Shown: in pieces, positions 1 to 9,485 of the stretch | How the letters are laid out: each line of letters opens with the position of its first letter | Position numbering within the stretch: position 1 is the stretch's first letter | From: an uncultured candidate division Zixibacteria bacterium | GTDB taxonomy: Bacteria; Zixibacteria; MSB-5A5; GN15; FEB-12 | Length of the DNA: 64,000 nt | Reading direction: 5' to 3' | Assembly: GCA_963806185.1 (NCBI GenBank) | Contig: CAWDXE010000007.1 | Location: 32,001-96,000, forward strand | Program-made: the position numbers and the translations under genes | Notes under the pieces: generated by a model | What the model saw: only the letters and a program-made list of their open reading frames with translations | Told to the model about the DNA's origin: nothing | The model's database searches: none

Positions 1-1063
1 GAGAAGGACTGACACGTTCGTTGTATCGCGGCAGCTGGGAACGACCTGGGTTCGACAGGTGCAGGGACCAATCGTCAGCCGTCAAGGTGAACTGGAGGGG
101 TATCTTCTGATCGGCATGGGGATCGCTGAGGCAAAGCTGCTCCTTGATTATCTGCAGTGGATCATGCTGCTTTCGTTCCCGATTTTGGTCGGGGTCATCA
201 TTGTTATCAGTCGCTGGTTTGGCGCCAGCATCGTGCAACCTATCTTGACATTGATAACTACCGCCGACCGCATCTCTCGAGAGAACCTGGACGAACGCGT
301 TCCATTGCCTAAAAGTCCTGACGAGCTGCGACATTTGTCGGAAACGGTTAATGATCTGCTTGATCGTTTGCAGGAACTGATCTTGCGCGAGCAGACATTC
401 GCGGCGGACGCCGCCCACGAACTGCGCACTCCACTGGCCGTGATTAAGGGAACACTGGAAGTGCTAATCCGTCAGCCTCGCGATCCCAAACACTATGAGG
501 AGAAACTTAAGTACTGCATCGCGGAAATTGATCGAATGAGTGGGCTGGTCGACCAGTTACTGCTCGATGGCAAAATATGAGGCCGGAGAAGAGCGACTGC
601 GGCTCGTCGAGATCAATGTAGCGGAATGCATGGCCAGCGTGCTGGAGCGGCTAGAGGTGTACTCTCGAGCCAAGCGGATTGCCCATCAACTTGATTTTGC
701 CCAGGGAGCCGCGGTGGAGCCGATCAGTTTCTGCTTACGACGGTGTTTGAGAATGTCGTGTCCAATGCTATCAAGTTCTCGCCTGAGGGTGCGGCAATCG
801 TGATCAGTGTGTGCGAACAGCCGGAGGCAGTCACCGTGTCAGTTCAGGATCACGGTCCTGGTATGACTGAACACCAGGTAGCGAAGGTGTTCGACCGATT
901 CTATCGAGTCGAGAATGATGGCGCCGTACATACGAAGGGGTTTGGACTTGGACTCGCTTTAGTTCGTCGCTTGGCGGATCTTCTCAACGTTCGGGTAGCT
1001 GTCAAAACCGCTCCAGATCAGGGGACGCTTTTCACACTGACGATTCCTAAACATTTGACCTAA
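1..1063 (+). CDS. HAMP-domain sensor histidine kinase (heavy-metal CusS/CzcS-like), 5'-truncated by window, two apparent frameshifts
   Basis: TM + HAMP + HELRTPL H-box in 59..580; linker in 540..803; N-box (NAIKFS), D/F/G boxes (DHGPG, FDRFYR, GFGLGL) in 743..1063. The frame is open from base 2. Breaks near 570 and 718 are probably indel errors. Confidence 0.85.
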
Positions 1064-1096
1064 TCGCGACCAGAGGTCTGGGCCTATCGTAAAAAT

Positions 1097-1178
1097 AGCG
1101 TCACAATTTGGTCACAATGACCCGTAAGTTCTTGTGCCACATAGCGAGTCGGGGGGTTCGATCCCCCCACCTCCACTA
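1097..1178 (+). mobile_element. att-like relic: arm-type repeat GTCACAATTTGGTCACA plus 3' fragment of tRNA-Ala/tmRNA
   Basis: 1148-1178 GTCGGGGGGTTCGATCCCCCCACCTCCACTA is a T-arm plus acceptor 3' strand with no 5' half; a tandem GTCACA repeat lies about 50 nt upstream. Confidence 0.6.
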
Positions 1179-1229
1179 TATTAGGTCCACGTTTCCTAGT
1201 ATGACCGTTGCGGTCGAGATGACGAGAGC

Positions 1230-2159
1230 CTACAAGTTAATGTTCACGCCGGTTATCAATACGGACTTTTCATTTTGCTCGCCATACAGATCCTGCCAAA
1301 CAGGAATCTGAACCGATACTGAAAGACTGGTGACGGTCCCAAGCCCAAATCTTACTCCTGGGGTCAAATAGGCGACTGAGCCACCAGTATTGTCAACAAT
1401 TTCGCCGCTGTCAAAGTCGCGACGAGCGTGGCGACCATTCAACTGTAAGCTCCCTGTGACACTGGACGAAATGGAGCGTTGCGCACCGATATTAAAAAGG
1501 GCAGCGTTGCCGTAGTGGTAATCAAAGCTGTTAGTGCCGTTGCTCCGAAAATAGGCACTCGCAAAGATGCGATTTGTGCGGGTGGCAAGCGAGAAGGCAC
1601 CGCCGACCACTATATCATAGCTTCCGGTTCCGCTTTGGAGGTGCTCATCGGCTCGCACTCCTCCACTTTGGGCATTGTTATGCCCGGTGGGGAGCTTGAA
1701 GGAGGCGGATAAACCGACTGTCAAGTGCCGATCAGCTTTGTAAGCGAAATTCGTCATCCACAAAGCGGTCATTTCGGCGTCACCGACGCCAGAAGACTTG
1801 TCCCGCTCCACACCGTCAGCAGTGGTCACCTCTAAGCGACGAAATGACATCGGGAGTTCGCCTGAGAAGGCGAAGTGATCTGATAGTTGATACACGGCCT
1901 TTATTGACGGTCGCAATTCGTGCTGCTGCTCTGTCCCGGTCCCTTCATCTGGAGACAAAGCGTTCGATTTGGTCGAATAAGAATTAGCCAGGCTCAGCCG
2001 CAGGCGACGTGCATCGGCCTGCCGGGAAAGGGAAAGATCTTGATCGGAGAACTGAAACGCGTTGTCACCACACCTGCAGACCGAGCAGGCCGTCGCAGTC
2101 GAGAAAGATCCCAGTGCAACCGCCAGGATAGGTATCAATACAGTCATCTTCTGTTTCAC
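1230..2159 (-). CDS. Outer-membrane beta-barrel 'transporter' (phenol-degradation/MetA-like family) with N-terminal CxxCxC
   Basis: Signal peptide, ACSVCRCGD, GVGD, KLPTG, HLQSGTGSYD motifs, alternating beta-strands; divergent from nikR. GTG start follows GGGAG. Confidence 0.7.
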   Translation of the reverse strand: MKQKMTVLIPILAVALGSFSTATACSVCRCGDNAFQFSDQDLSLSRQADARRLRLSLANSYSTKSNALSPDEGTGTEQQHELRPSIKAVYQLSDHFAFSGELPMSFRRLEVTTADGVERDKSSGVGDAEMTALWMTNFAYKADRHLTVGLSASFKLPTGHNNAQSGGVRADEHLQSGTGSYDIVVGGAFSLATRTNRIFASAYFRSNGTNSFDYHYGNAALFNIGAQRSISSSVTGSLQLNGRHARRDFDSGEIVDNTGGSVAYLTPGVRFGLGTVTSLSVSVQIPVWQDLYGEQNEKSVLITGVNINL

Positions 2160-2369
2160 TCTGACTCCCGATAGTTTAGCGTGTAGGTCCACAATATGCT
2201 CTTTAACCACGAAACAAGGCAAGTAGTTTCCGTGTGACCGAAATTGGAATGCCTTGTAGTCACTTCAAGGCGGTCCAGCGGGCCGCCGTAGTTTTTGAGG
2301 GCAATTTCATTGTGGAATCCGTTGACTGCAATGTACATATGTGCTACCTTTGTGATGAAAGGTGCTATC

Positions 2370-2795
2370 ATGAAGAAGGACTTGAATAGGTTTGGAGTGT
2401 CAATGTCAGCGGACCTGCTGACCCAGCTCGATGATCTGGTTAAGGCCAAGGGATATACCAATCGCTCCCAGGCTATTGCTGATATGGTGCGCGATCAACT
2501 TGTAGAACATCGAGGCAAGGAGGGTAATCGTAAAATTGCCGGTACAATTACCCTGGTCTATGATCACCACAAACGCAATATCCAGTCGCTCTTGACCTCG
2601 ATTCAGCATGATTTTGGCGAGCATATTATTTCCACCATGCATGTTCACCTGGATCATCACAATTGCCTCGAAATACTCGCCGTGCGGGGCCGTGCCAGCC
2701 TAATCAGACAGCTGGCCGATAAGCTGATCGCAGCCAAGGGAGTCAAGCACGGAAAATTGACGATGACTACCACTGGCGAAGAATTCACCAAGTGA
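2370..2795 (+). CDS. nikR: Nickel-responsive regulator NikR
   Basis: RFGVSM ribbon-helix-helix, NRSQAI, YDHH and HVHLDHHNCLE nickel-binding motif. Confidence 0.95.
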   Translation: MKKDLNRFGVSMSADLLTQLDDLVKAKGYTNRSQAIADMVRDQLVEHRGKEGNRKIAGTITLVYDHHKRNIQSLLTSIQHDFGEHIISTMHVHLDHHNCLEILAVRGRASLIRQLADKLIAAKGVKHGKLTMTTTGEEFTK

Positions 2796-2830
2796 AGGAA
2801 TCAATGGGCCGATAGATAAGAGAAAGATGC

Positions 2831-3790
2831 ATGCACATACCTGATGGATTCTTAGACCCAAAGACGGCGGTAACCAGTGGAGTGGCCGCAGCAACTGGAC
2901 TTGGCATAGCAATCCGACACGTTAAGCGGACATTTCCTTCCTCTCGCATACCTCAAATGGGGTTGGCTTCGGCCTTCGTGTTTGCCGCCCAAATGCTCAA
3001 TTTTCCGGTTCTTGGCGGTACCTCCGGCCATCTGATTGGCGCTGTTCTGGTCTCAGTCTTACTTGGCCCAAGTGCAGCGGTGATAGTGATGTCATCGGTG
3101 CTGATTCTACAGTGTCTGATGTTTGCAGATGGTGGCATTACTGCTCTGGGGGCGAACATATTCAATATGGCGATTGTAGCCCCGTTTGTTGGGTATGCCG
3201 TTTACAAGCTGCTATATCGAATCCTGGGAACGACTGAACGGGCTCGCTTCACCGCGATAGCGTTTGCCTCCTGGCTTTCCACCGTAGCCGCATCCATTGC
3301 GTGTGCGGGACAATTGGCGGTATCTGGAACCGCCCAATGGAGTGTTGTTTTTCCGGCAATGGCTGGTATACATATGCTGATCGGTATAGGGGAAGCAGTC
3401 ATTACGACCTTCGTTGTGGCGGCAATCTTGCGACTCTCCCCAGACATGACTTTGGCTTCTGGTGGCGAGCAATCACACACCAGTTTCCGGCCTCTGCTTG
3501 GATATGGGCTTGTGGTCTCACTTGGGCTTGTCCTGTTCATATCCCCCTTTGCATCAAGCTGGCCCGATGGCCTTGAAAAGGTGGCCGAGGCAATCGGCTT
3601 TACCAACGCCGCTCATTCTGCGTCTCTGATTCCATCTCCCCTCGCCGACTATGGTGTTCCGGGGATTGCGTCATCAAGCGTTTCGACCATCCTGGCCGGC
3701 ACAATCGGAACGCTTTTCGCATTCGCGCTATCACTTGCCCTGGCCCACATAGTGACGTCCGGCAAGAAAGAAATCGGAAGCCAGTCCTAG
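2831..3790 (+). CDS. nikM: ECF Ni/Co transporter S component NikM/CbiM fused to PDGLE (NikN) domain
   Basis: N-terminal MHIPDGFL, GGTSGHLIG, C-terminal ASSWPDGLE. Confidence 0.92.
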   Translation: MHIPDGFLDPKTAVTSGVAAATGLGIAIRHVKRTFPSSRIPQMGLASAFVFAAQMLNFPVLGGTSGHLIGAVLVSVLLGPSAAVIVMSSVLILQCLMFADGGITALGANIFNMAIVAPFVGYAVYKLLYRILGTTERARFTAIAFASWLSTVAASIACAGQLAVSGTAQWSVVFPAMAGIHMLIGIGEAVITTFVVAAILRLSPDMTLASGGEQSHTSFRPLLGYGLVVSLGLVLFISPFASSWPDGLEKVAEAIGFTNAAHSASLIPSPLADYGVPGIASSSVSTILAGTIGTLFAFALSLALAHIVTSGKKEIGSQS

Positions 3791-3806
3791 AGATTAGAGT
3801 TCGATT

Positions 3807-4415
3807 TTGCATGTTTCAGACCCATACATAGACGGCCAGGGTCTTCTAAACAGGCTTTCGGCCTCGATCAAATTCACATTTGTGATAACCACTATTGTTG
3901 TGGCCGTCGCCCTGCCGCGATCCTGCTGGCAGGGATATGCGATCATCGCCACGCTGCTAGTTGGCATTCTCCCTTCATCAAGACTTCCGATCGGAGTGGT
4001 CACAAAGCGCCTGTTGTTATTTGAACCTTTTGTCCTCGTGGCAGCAATGTTGTCCATCGTGCAACCTAACGGATGGATCGTGTTCTTGTCCCTGGTCTTC
4101 AAGGGCACCATAAGCCTCCTTGCCATGGTCCTATTGGTTGCCTCTACAAGGTTTCTGGATCTGTTAACTCTGCTCAAGCGATTACGTTTGCCTGGCATTC
4201 TTGTAACCAACATCTCGCTGATGTACAGGTATCTGTTCCTATTGCTCTTCGAGGCCGAGCGCATGAGCCGAGCCCGTTCCAGCAGGGTGTTCAAGCGTGA
4301 ACAGTGGCGTATCTGGCACTCCAACGCTACTGTAATCGGACACCTCTTTGTACGAACCTCAAAGCGGGCCGAGAGGATTTATGCGGCTATGTGTGCCCGC
4401 GGGTGGAGAGTATGA
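3807..4415 (+). CDS. nikQ: ECF transporter T component NikQ/CbiQ
   Basis: Hydrophobic, MYRYL, RAERIYAAMCARG; lies between the M and O genes. Confidence 0.9.
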   Translation: MHVSDPYIDGQGLLNRLSASIKFTFVITTIVVAVALPRSCWQGYAIIATLLVGILPSSRLPIGVVTKRLLLFEPFVLVAAMLSIVQPNGWIVFLSLVFKGTISLLAMVLLVASTRFLDLLTLLKRLRLPGILVTNISLMYRYLFLLLFEAERMSRARSSRVFKREQWRIWHSNATVIGHLFVRTSKRAERIYAAMCARGWRV

Positions 4416-5158
4416 AAGCAGTTGGCATCAGAAACCTGTCCTATAGATATCCCAATGGCATAGAGGCGTTGAAGGGAATCTCCTTTGCAATCGACGAAGG
4501 CGAGAAGGTTGGACTGATCGGTCCCAACGGAGCTGGAAAATCCACTCTGTTGTGGCATCTCAACGGTCTGCTGCCGGAAAAACCGGCGCGAAATGCCTTC
4601 ATTCACATCATGGAAATCCCAGTGACAGAGGATAATTTCCCGCTGGTTCGCTCGATGACAGGCATCTTGTTTCAAGATCCCGACGATCAGCTCTTTATGC
4701 CAACTGTTCATGAGGATATTGCCTTCGGCCCGCAACAATTGGGCAAGAGCAACTCTGACATAGATGCGATAGAAAAGGGAGTTTTGACAAAGGTCGGCTT
4801 GCCCGGTTTTGAAAAGCGCCATACCAATCAACTTAGTCAGGGTGAAAAGCGAAGAATCTGCTTGGCTGGGCTACTCGCCTGCGATGCCAAGGTGTTAGTT
4901 CTGGATGAGCCGACAAGCGGGCTTGATCCCAAAGGGCGGAGAGAACTCAAGACTCTCTTGTTGACGATGCCGGAGACGATGTTGATCGCAACTCATGACC
5001 TCGAATTTGTTGTGGAGGTCTGTACTCGGGCTATTGTCATCGATAACGGACAACTGATTGCCGATGGCGCCACGGTAGATATCCTGAATGATGAGGATTT
5101 GATGCTGGCCCACGGTCTTGAACGACCCCATATCCTTAGGCACATGCATCCGCACTAG
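4412..5158 (+). CDS. nikO: ECF transporter ATPase NikO/CbiO
   Basis: GPNGAGKS, FQDPDDQLF, LSQGEKRR, LDEP; ATGA overlap with nikQ. Confidence 0.92.
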   Translation: MKAVGIRNLSYRYPNGIEALKGISFAIDEGEKVGLIGPNGAGKSTLLWHLNGLLPEKPARNAFIHIMEIPVTEDNFPLVRSMTGILFQDPDDQLFMPTVHEDIAFGPQQLGKSNSDIDAIEKGVLTKVGLPGFEKRHTNQLSQGEKRRICLAGLLACDAKVLVLDEPTSGLDPKGRRELKTLLLTMPETMLIATHDLEFVVEVCTRAIVIDNGQLIADGATVDILNDEDLMLAHGLERPHILRHMHPH

Positions 5159-5236
5159 CTACACTGGTGTAAGGGCGAAAGAAGCGTCACAATATGGTCA
5201 TCTATGAAAGGGCCGCGGTCGAAAAAGACGTACCAT

Positions 5237-5436
5237 GGAACGCGGAGTCCATGATACTTTCTCGAAGCTTGGGACCAATTTGGGACCACGAGACTCCAAA
5301 ACGGTTCAAAAGGACTAGAAACGACTCCAAGTGGTTGAAACTCGCAAGATCATGATATTGGGATAGTTACGACGCAAGTCGCGGGCCGTCAACGAGTTGT
5401 AAAATGGACCACAGGCGAGTCCCCCCTTCGGCACCA
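5237..5436 (+). mobile_element. Right end (attR) of an island integrated at a tRNA-Leu gene located upstream of the window
   Basis: 5416-5436 CGAGTCCCCCCTTCGGCACCA matches the 3' end of a GCCGAAG-type tRNA-Leu; arm-type repeat GGGACCAATTTGGGACCA at 5271; followed by a hairpin plus T-run. Confidence 0.75.
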
Positions 5437-5443
5437 AAATTTG

Positions 5444-5475
5444 AGCCCGTAAATCTCACCGGTTTTCGGGCTTTT
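5444..5475 (+). terminator. Probable intrinsic terminator (original tRNA downstream flank)
   Basis: AGCCCG...CGGGCT followed by TTT directly after the tRNA 3' remnant. Confidence 0.5.
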
Positions 5476-5869
5476 CCATTGGCCAAGCCATCGAACCGGC
5501 TGTGTTCCAACGGCTGCCCGCCCTCAAGGCTATGAGCGTATTGCATTGACAACCGGAGCCATTATACTATCTTAAAATCAGCACACCGAATTTCACCTGA
5601 GCACACCTGAATCAGCCAATCGAATCTTGACATAGTCGCAAGAGAATGTACAGGCTGACAAGTACAGCCACATCATTGTCTATCGTGACGTCGTGTGGAC
5701 ACGTCCGATCGGGAGCCTCGCGGCGGCTAACGGTACTGGTTCAACTTCACATGTAGATGCTGGCAGCGGCAGGTAGGACATGATTTCTAAGTTGTATCTG
5801 ACTCTTATCAAACGCGAATCGCACATCCTCAAGTCTGAAATGAAACCATTCTATCAATAGGAGGTCACA

Positions 5870-7246
5870 ATGCGCCCGGGTTTCTTCATTGCTTGTGTAT
5901 TGTTGGTAGGGATGATCCCTGCGATCACCTCGGCCGCTACGCCTACTCTGATCAATTATCAAGGTAAACTTACCGACGGTACTGGGTTGCCGTTTCCTGA
6001 CGGCGTGCCCTGTACAGTAGTCTTCACCATTTATGATGCCGCGACAGGAGGTACCGTCATCTGGACAGAGTCCCAGTCGGTAACCACATCGGGCGGCATT
6101 TTTGCGGTGCTATTGGGATCGACGACGCCGATAACGGATGCCGTCTTTACCGCGACCACGCGCTATTTGGGCATTAAGGTGGGTGCGGATCCTGAAATGA
6201 CCCCACGGGTTGCACTGGTAACTGTGCCTTATGCCTTCCGGATAAGCACTGTTGATGGTTCAACAGGTGGATCGATCAGTGGGGATATCCTTCTGGAGAA
6301 TTCCACTGCGACGACGGGGAACATCTGGAAGGGCGGTTCTCCGTTTATTCACGCAATCGGTTCTGATAATACTAGCATTGGCAAAAATGCAGGCAATATC
6401 AATATGACGGGTAGCCGGAACACAGCTTGCGGGTCAGGCGCACTTGCGAGCAACAGCACTGGTAACCGCAACACTGCCGCTGGAAATGGTGCGCTCGTTG
6501 CCAACACTACCGGCAGCTACAACACCGCCATCGGGCTTAGTGCACTCGTGAGCAACATTGGTGGTTCCGAGAATACCGCCAGCGGGGCTCATGCACTCTT
6601 ACTCAACAGTACCGGCACCTTTAATACCGCCAGCGGATTCTCTGCGCTCTCCGGTAACACGACCGGCGGCGGCAACACTGCCAGCGGGCTTTCTGCGCTC
6701 TCCAGTAACACTACCGGTGACGAAAACACTGCGATTGGCGCAGGGGCAGACGTCGCCAGCGGTGACTTGAATAATGCTACGGCAGTCGGTGCCGGCGCTA
6801 TTGTCGACGCCAGTAACAAGATTCGGTTGGGCAACAGCGCCGTCACGGTGATCGAAGGGCAGGTGGCATACACCTATACCTCTGATAAGAGCCAAAAAGA
6901 AAACTTCAACCCGGTTGACGGAGAAGATGTTCTTCGCAAGATTCGCCAACTTAATCTGACCAGCTGGAACTACAAGAATCAGGATCCGCGCCATTTTCGT
7001 CACTACGGTCCCGTGGCACAGGAGTTCTTTGCGGCGTTTGGGCGTGACAGCGTCGGCCAATCGGGGACGGAGACCACGATCAATTCTGGCGATCTGGCGG
7101 GAATCACCATGATCGCGGTGCAGGCGCTGGAGAAGCGCACAGCCGAGCTGGATGAAATCAAGTCAGACAATTCCAAACTCAAAGCAGAAATTCAAGAACT
7201 GCGAGCGCTGATTCAGCAGTTAGCCGCCGAAAGAAGGGGGAAGTGA
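5870..7246 (+). CDS. Secreted tail-fibre-like protein with 14-aa GxxNTAxGxxAL repeats and C-terminal peptidase S74 intramolecular chaperone
   Basis: Signal peptide; INYQGKL N-domain; about ten NTA repeats; SDKSQKEN...HYGPVAQE; terminal coiled coil. Confidence 0.8.
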   Translation: MRPGFFIACVLLVGMIPAITSAATPTLINYQGKLTDGTGLPFPDGVPCTVVFTIYDAATGGTVIWTESQSVTTSGGIFAVLLGSTTPITDAVFTATTRYLGIKVGADPEMTPRVALVTVPYAFRISTVDGSTGGSISGDILLENSTATTGNIWKGGSPFIHAIGSDNTSIGKNAGNINMTGSRNTACGSGALASNSTGNRNTAAGNGALVANTTGSYNTAIGLSALVSNIGGSENTASGAHALLLNSTGTFNTASGFSALSGNTTGGGNTASGLSALSSNTTGDENTAIGAGADVASGDLNNATAVGAGAIVDASNKIRLGNSAVTVIEGQVAYTYTSDKSQKENFNPVDGEDVLRKIRQLNLTSWNYKNQDPRHFRHYGPVAQEFFAAFGRDSVGQSGTETTINSGDLAGITMIAVQALEKRTAELDEIKSDNSKLKAEIQELRALIQQLAAERRGK

Positions 7247-7839
7247 TGAATGTCGCGATAAGAACCAGGCTGCTCGCAGGTCTGCTGGCATTGATTCTGA
7301 GTTCAGCAGCGACGTCCGCCGATCAGAAAGGCGCTGCAGCTGAGGCGTCCAAACCCATTACGAGCGCCATGGCTGCGAGAGCCTCAGCAGTTCAGCCGTC
7401 AAGTTCGGTTCAATCCACGGCCGGTTTTGCGGCGCCAACCGCCCGGCCTGCCGCCGGAGAACAGATCAAATGGCAGGTAATCTCAAGCGGAGGTAGTAGA
7501 AGCGGTTCGACGAATTTCAGGATGTCGGCCACAGTCGGTCAGACGGCTGCTGGTCCTGCTTCTTCATTCAACTACAAAGTCAATCAGGGATTCTGGCAGA
7601 ATTTCTCCGGGGGAAGCTGCTGTGTGAACCTGACTGGCAACGTTGACTGCGACCCCCTTGACGGCGTCGACATCGGTGATCTGACGACCCTGATCGACAA
7701 TCTTTTCATCTCATTCACACCGTTGTGTTGCGAAGCCGAGGCTAACTGCGATGGGTTAGGCGGGATCGATATTGGTGACCTGACAGCGTTGATCGATAAC
7801 CTGTTCATCACCTTCACGCCGCTAGCGGGGTGTCAGTGA
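7243..7839 (+). CDS. Small secreted protein with Cys-flanked dockerin-like C-terminal domain
   Basis: Signal peptide, GEQIKWQVISSGG...TVGQ...QGFWQ domain, two DIGDLTxLIDNLF repeats; overlaps the fibre gene stop. Confidence 0.8.
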   Translation: MMNVAIRTRLLAGLLALILSSAATSADQKGAAAEASKPITSAMAARASAVQPSSSVQSTAGFAAPTARPAAGEQIKWQVISSGGSRSGSTNFRMSATVGQTAAGPASSFNYKVNQGFWQNFSGGSCCVNLTGNVDCDPLDGVDIGDLTTLIDNLFISFTPLCCEAEANCDGLGGIDIGDLTALIDNLFITFTPLAGCQ

Positions 7840-8341
7840 TGTTGCCGCCAGCAACGTGTCCTCGGCTTATTCAATTGGCCAACTTCGATAGCCCGGTGCT
7901 GGATGTGTGCTAACAGCGCCGGGCTTATGTTTGCCTCCCCGCCTTTCTCATTGACACCCGGAGCCATTTATCCATATCTTTGCAGTAAGCACACGACAAG
8001 GTAATCATACGGTCCAAACCGATTGCACTTGAGGACGATATGACCGCGAGCGCCCGCGAGTTTGACTGTGTCGTTGCTGCTCTGGGGGCAACGAGTCTTC
8101 TCTTCGCCGACCCCTTGGCTGATGACTTGTTCTCTGCTCGCTCAAACACGTCAGGCCGATGGGGTCTCGTGTCTATCGCACCCCGTGCACCAGAGGCCAT
8201 CCAGCCCTCAGACTCATTGACCATGGCTATCGCATGACCAACATTCAAGGTGGAACAACATACGGGGCAGGTCAAGGGAAGCGAAACACTTTCGGAAGTC
8301 AATTATGATCCTCACGTCATCAATTCATAGGAGAGATTACC

Positions 8342-9358
8342 ATGAAGCGCAGACATCTGGTTTTGTTGGTCACACTCGCCAGCTTCGTACTAGTGACCAT
8401 TGCGGTGGCAGAAGCGCCAAGTTCTATTTCCTATCAGGGAAGACTGACGACAATCGCAGGATCACCAATACCTGACGGAAGCTACACGGTTCTCTTCACC
8501 ATCTATGATGCCGCTACTGGTGGGATCAGCAAGTGGATTGAAACGCAGTCGGTCACAACTTCAGGAGGCCTCTTCTCGGTGTTGCTGGGATCAGTCTCCC
8601 CAATCAGCGATACGGTTTTCGGCGGAACGACGCGCAGCCTCGGAATCAAGGTAGGAGCAGATCCAGAAATGACCCCTCGTATCACTCTGGTTTCGGTTCC
8701 CTACGCTCACCGAGTGAAAACGATCGACGGAGCCACGGGTGGCACCATCTCCGGTTATACGCTCGTTTCCAGACCCGAGGCGGGCTTTGCAAACGTGTTG
8801 ACGCTGGCAAGCAATGCCAACACGGCAAATCTGGATATCATTCCGGAGGCCGCTGGAACAGGTGTCATAAACGTTAATAGTAGCGATGCCTCTCTTGCTC
8901 TTGCCATCGGCAACAACCGACATCTGACGATCTCGAACGGTGGAAATGTCGGCATTGGGACGACAAGTCCATCGTCCAAACTTGAAGTGGTTGGTGATCT
9001 GACAGTAAGCGGCAACATAATCGGCTCGACGCCCTGGACTGCTTTTCCCTTTGCATCTGGCTATGACAACTACGAAGACGCACACGGCGGAGGTACCCAG
9101 CGAGTTGAGTATCGAAAAATCGGCGACATCGTTTATATTAGAGGGACCGTGCATAAAGCAGACCATTCGTTAATTCCGGCTTTAGGCCTATGCGGGACTC
9201 TTCCTGTTGGGTTTAGACCACCTGCGATAGTCGTCTTCTTAAATGCTCCAACTCCAGGCGGTGTTTACATCTACCCCACGGGTGAGATCAAGTTTGTTTA
9301 CAACGGGCCCAATGAATTGCAGTATCTGGATGGCATCTTCTTCTCTACGACCCCATAA
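8342..9358 (+). CDS. Secreted fibre-like protein, paralogous N-domain, phage receptor-binding-like C-terminus
   Basis: ISYQGRL...GIKVGADPEMTPR...VPYA as in the 5870 gene; GNVGIGTTSPSSKLEVVG; YRKIGDIVYIRG...TLPVGFRP. Confidence 0.8.
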   Translation: MKRRHLVLLVTLASFVLVTIAVAEAPSSISYQGRLTTIAGSPIPDGSYTVLFTIYDAATGGISKWIETQSVTTSGGLFSVLLGSVSPISDTVFGGTTRSLGIKVGADPEMTPRITLVSVPYAHRVKTIDGATGGTISGYTLVSRPEAGFANVLTLASNANTANLDIIPEAAGTGVINVNSSDASLALAIGNNRHLTISNGGNVGIGTTSPSSKLEVVGDLTVSGNIIGSTPWTAFPFASGYDNYEDAHGGGTQRVEYRKIGDIVYIRGTVHKADHSLIPALGLCGTLPVGFRPPAIVVFLNAPTPGGVYIYPTGEIKFVYNGPNELQYLDGIFFSTTP

Positions 9359-9485
9359 TCACCTGTGAATGGGCGGATATTGAGAGATTTGCCCCCCGCG
9401 CTGGCTCGCGCTTCCGAGGCCCGCCGGGGGAGGAGCAGTTGAATTGAAAAACGACTCCTGCCAACGACAGGAAGTAAAGGACGTT

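Noticed and set aside
1148..1178. Complete tRNA gene
   Set aside because: Only the T-arm and 3' acceptor strand are present; no D-arm or anticodon arm.
5416..5436. Repeat of the tRNA-Leu(GAG) at 32604
   Set aside because: The sequence differs (CCCCCCTTCGGCA vs CCCGCCTTCCGCA) and the orientation is opposite; it derives from another tRNA-Leu outside the window.
5640..5860. Riboswitch in the long leader of the fibre gene
   Set aside because: Some short hairpins, but no recognisable conserved riboswitch core by eye; a covariance-model scan would be needed.
5870..9358. Prophage tail region
   Set aside because: The fibre-like genes have Sec-pathway signal peptides and no capsid, terminase, baseplate or lysis genes are nearby.
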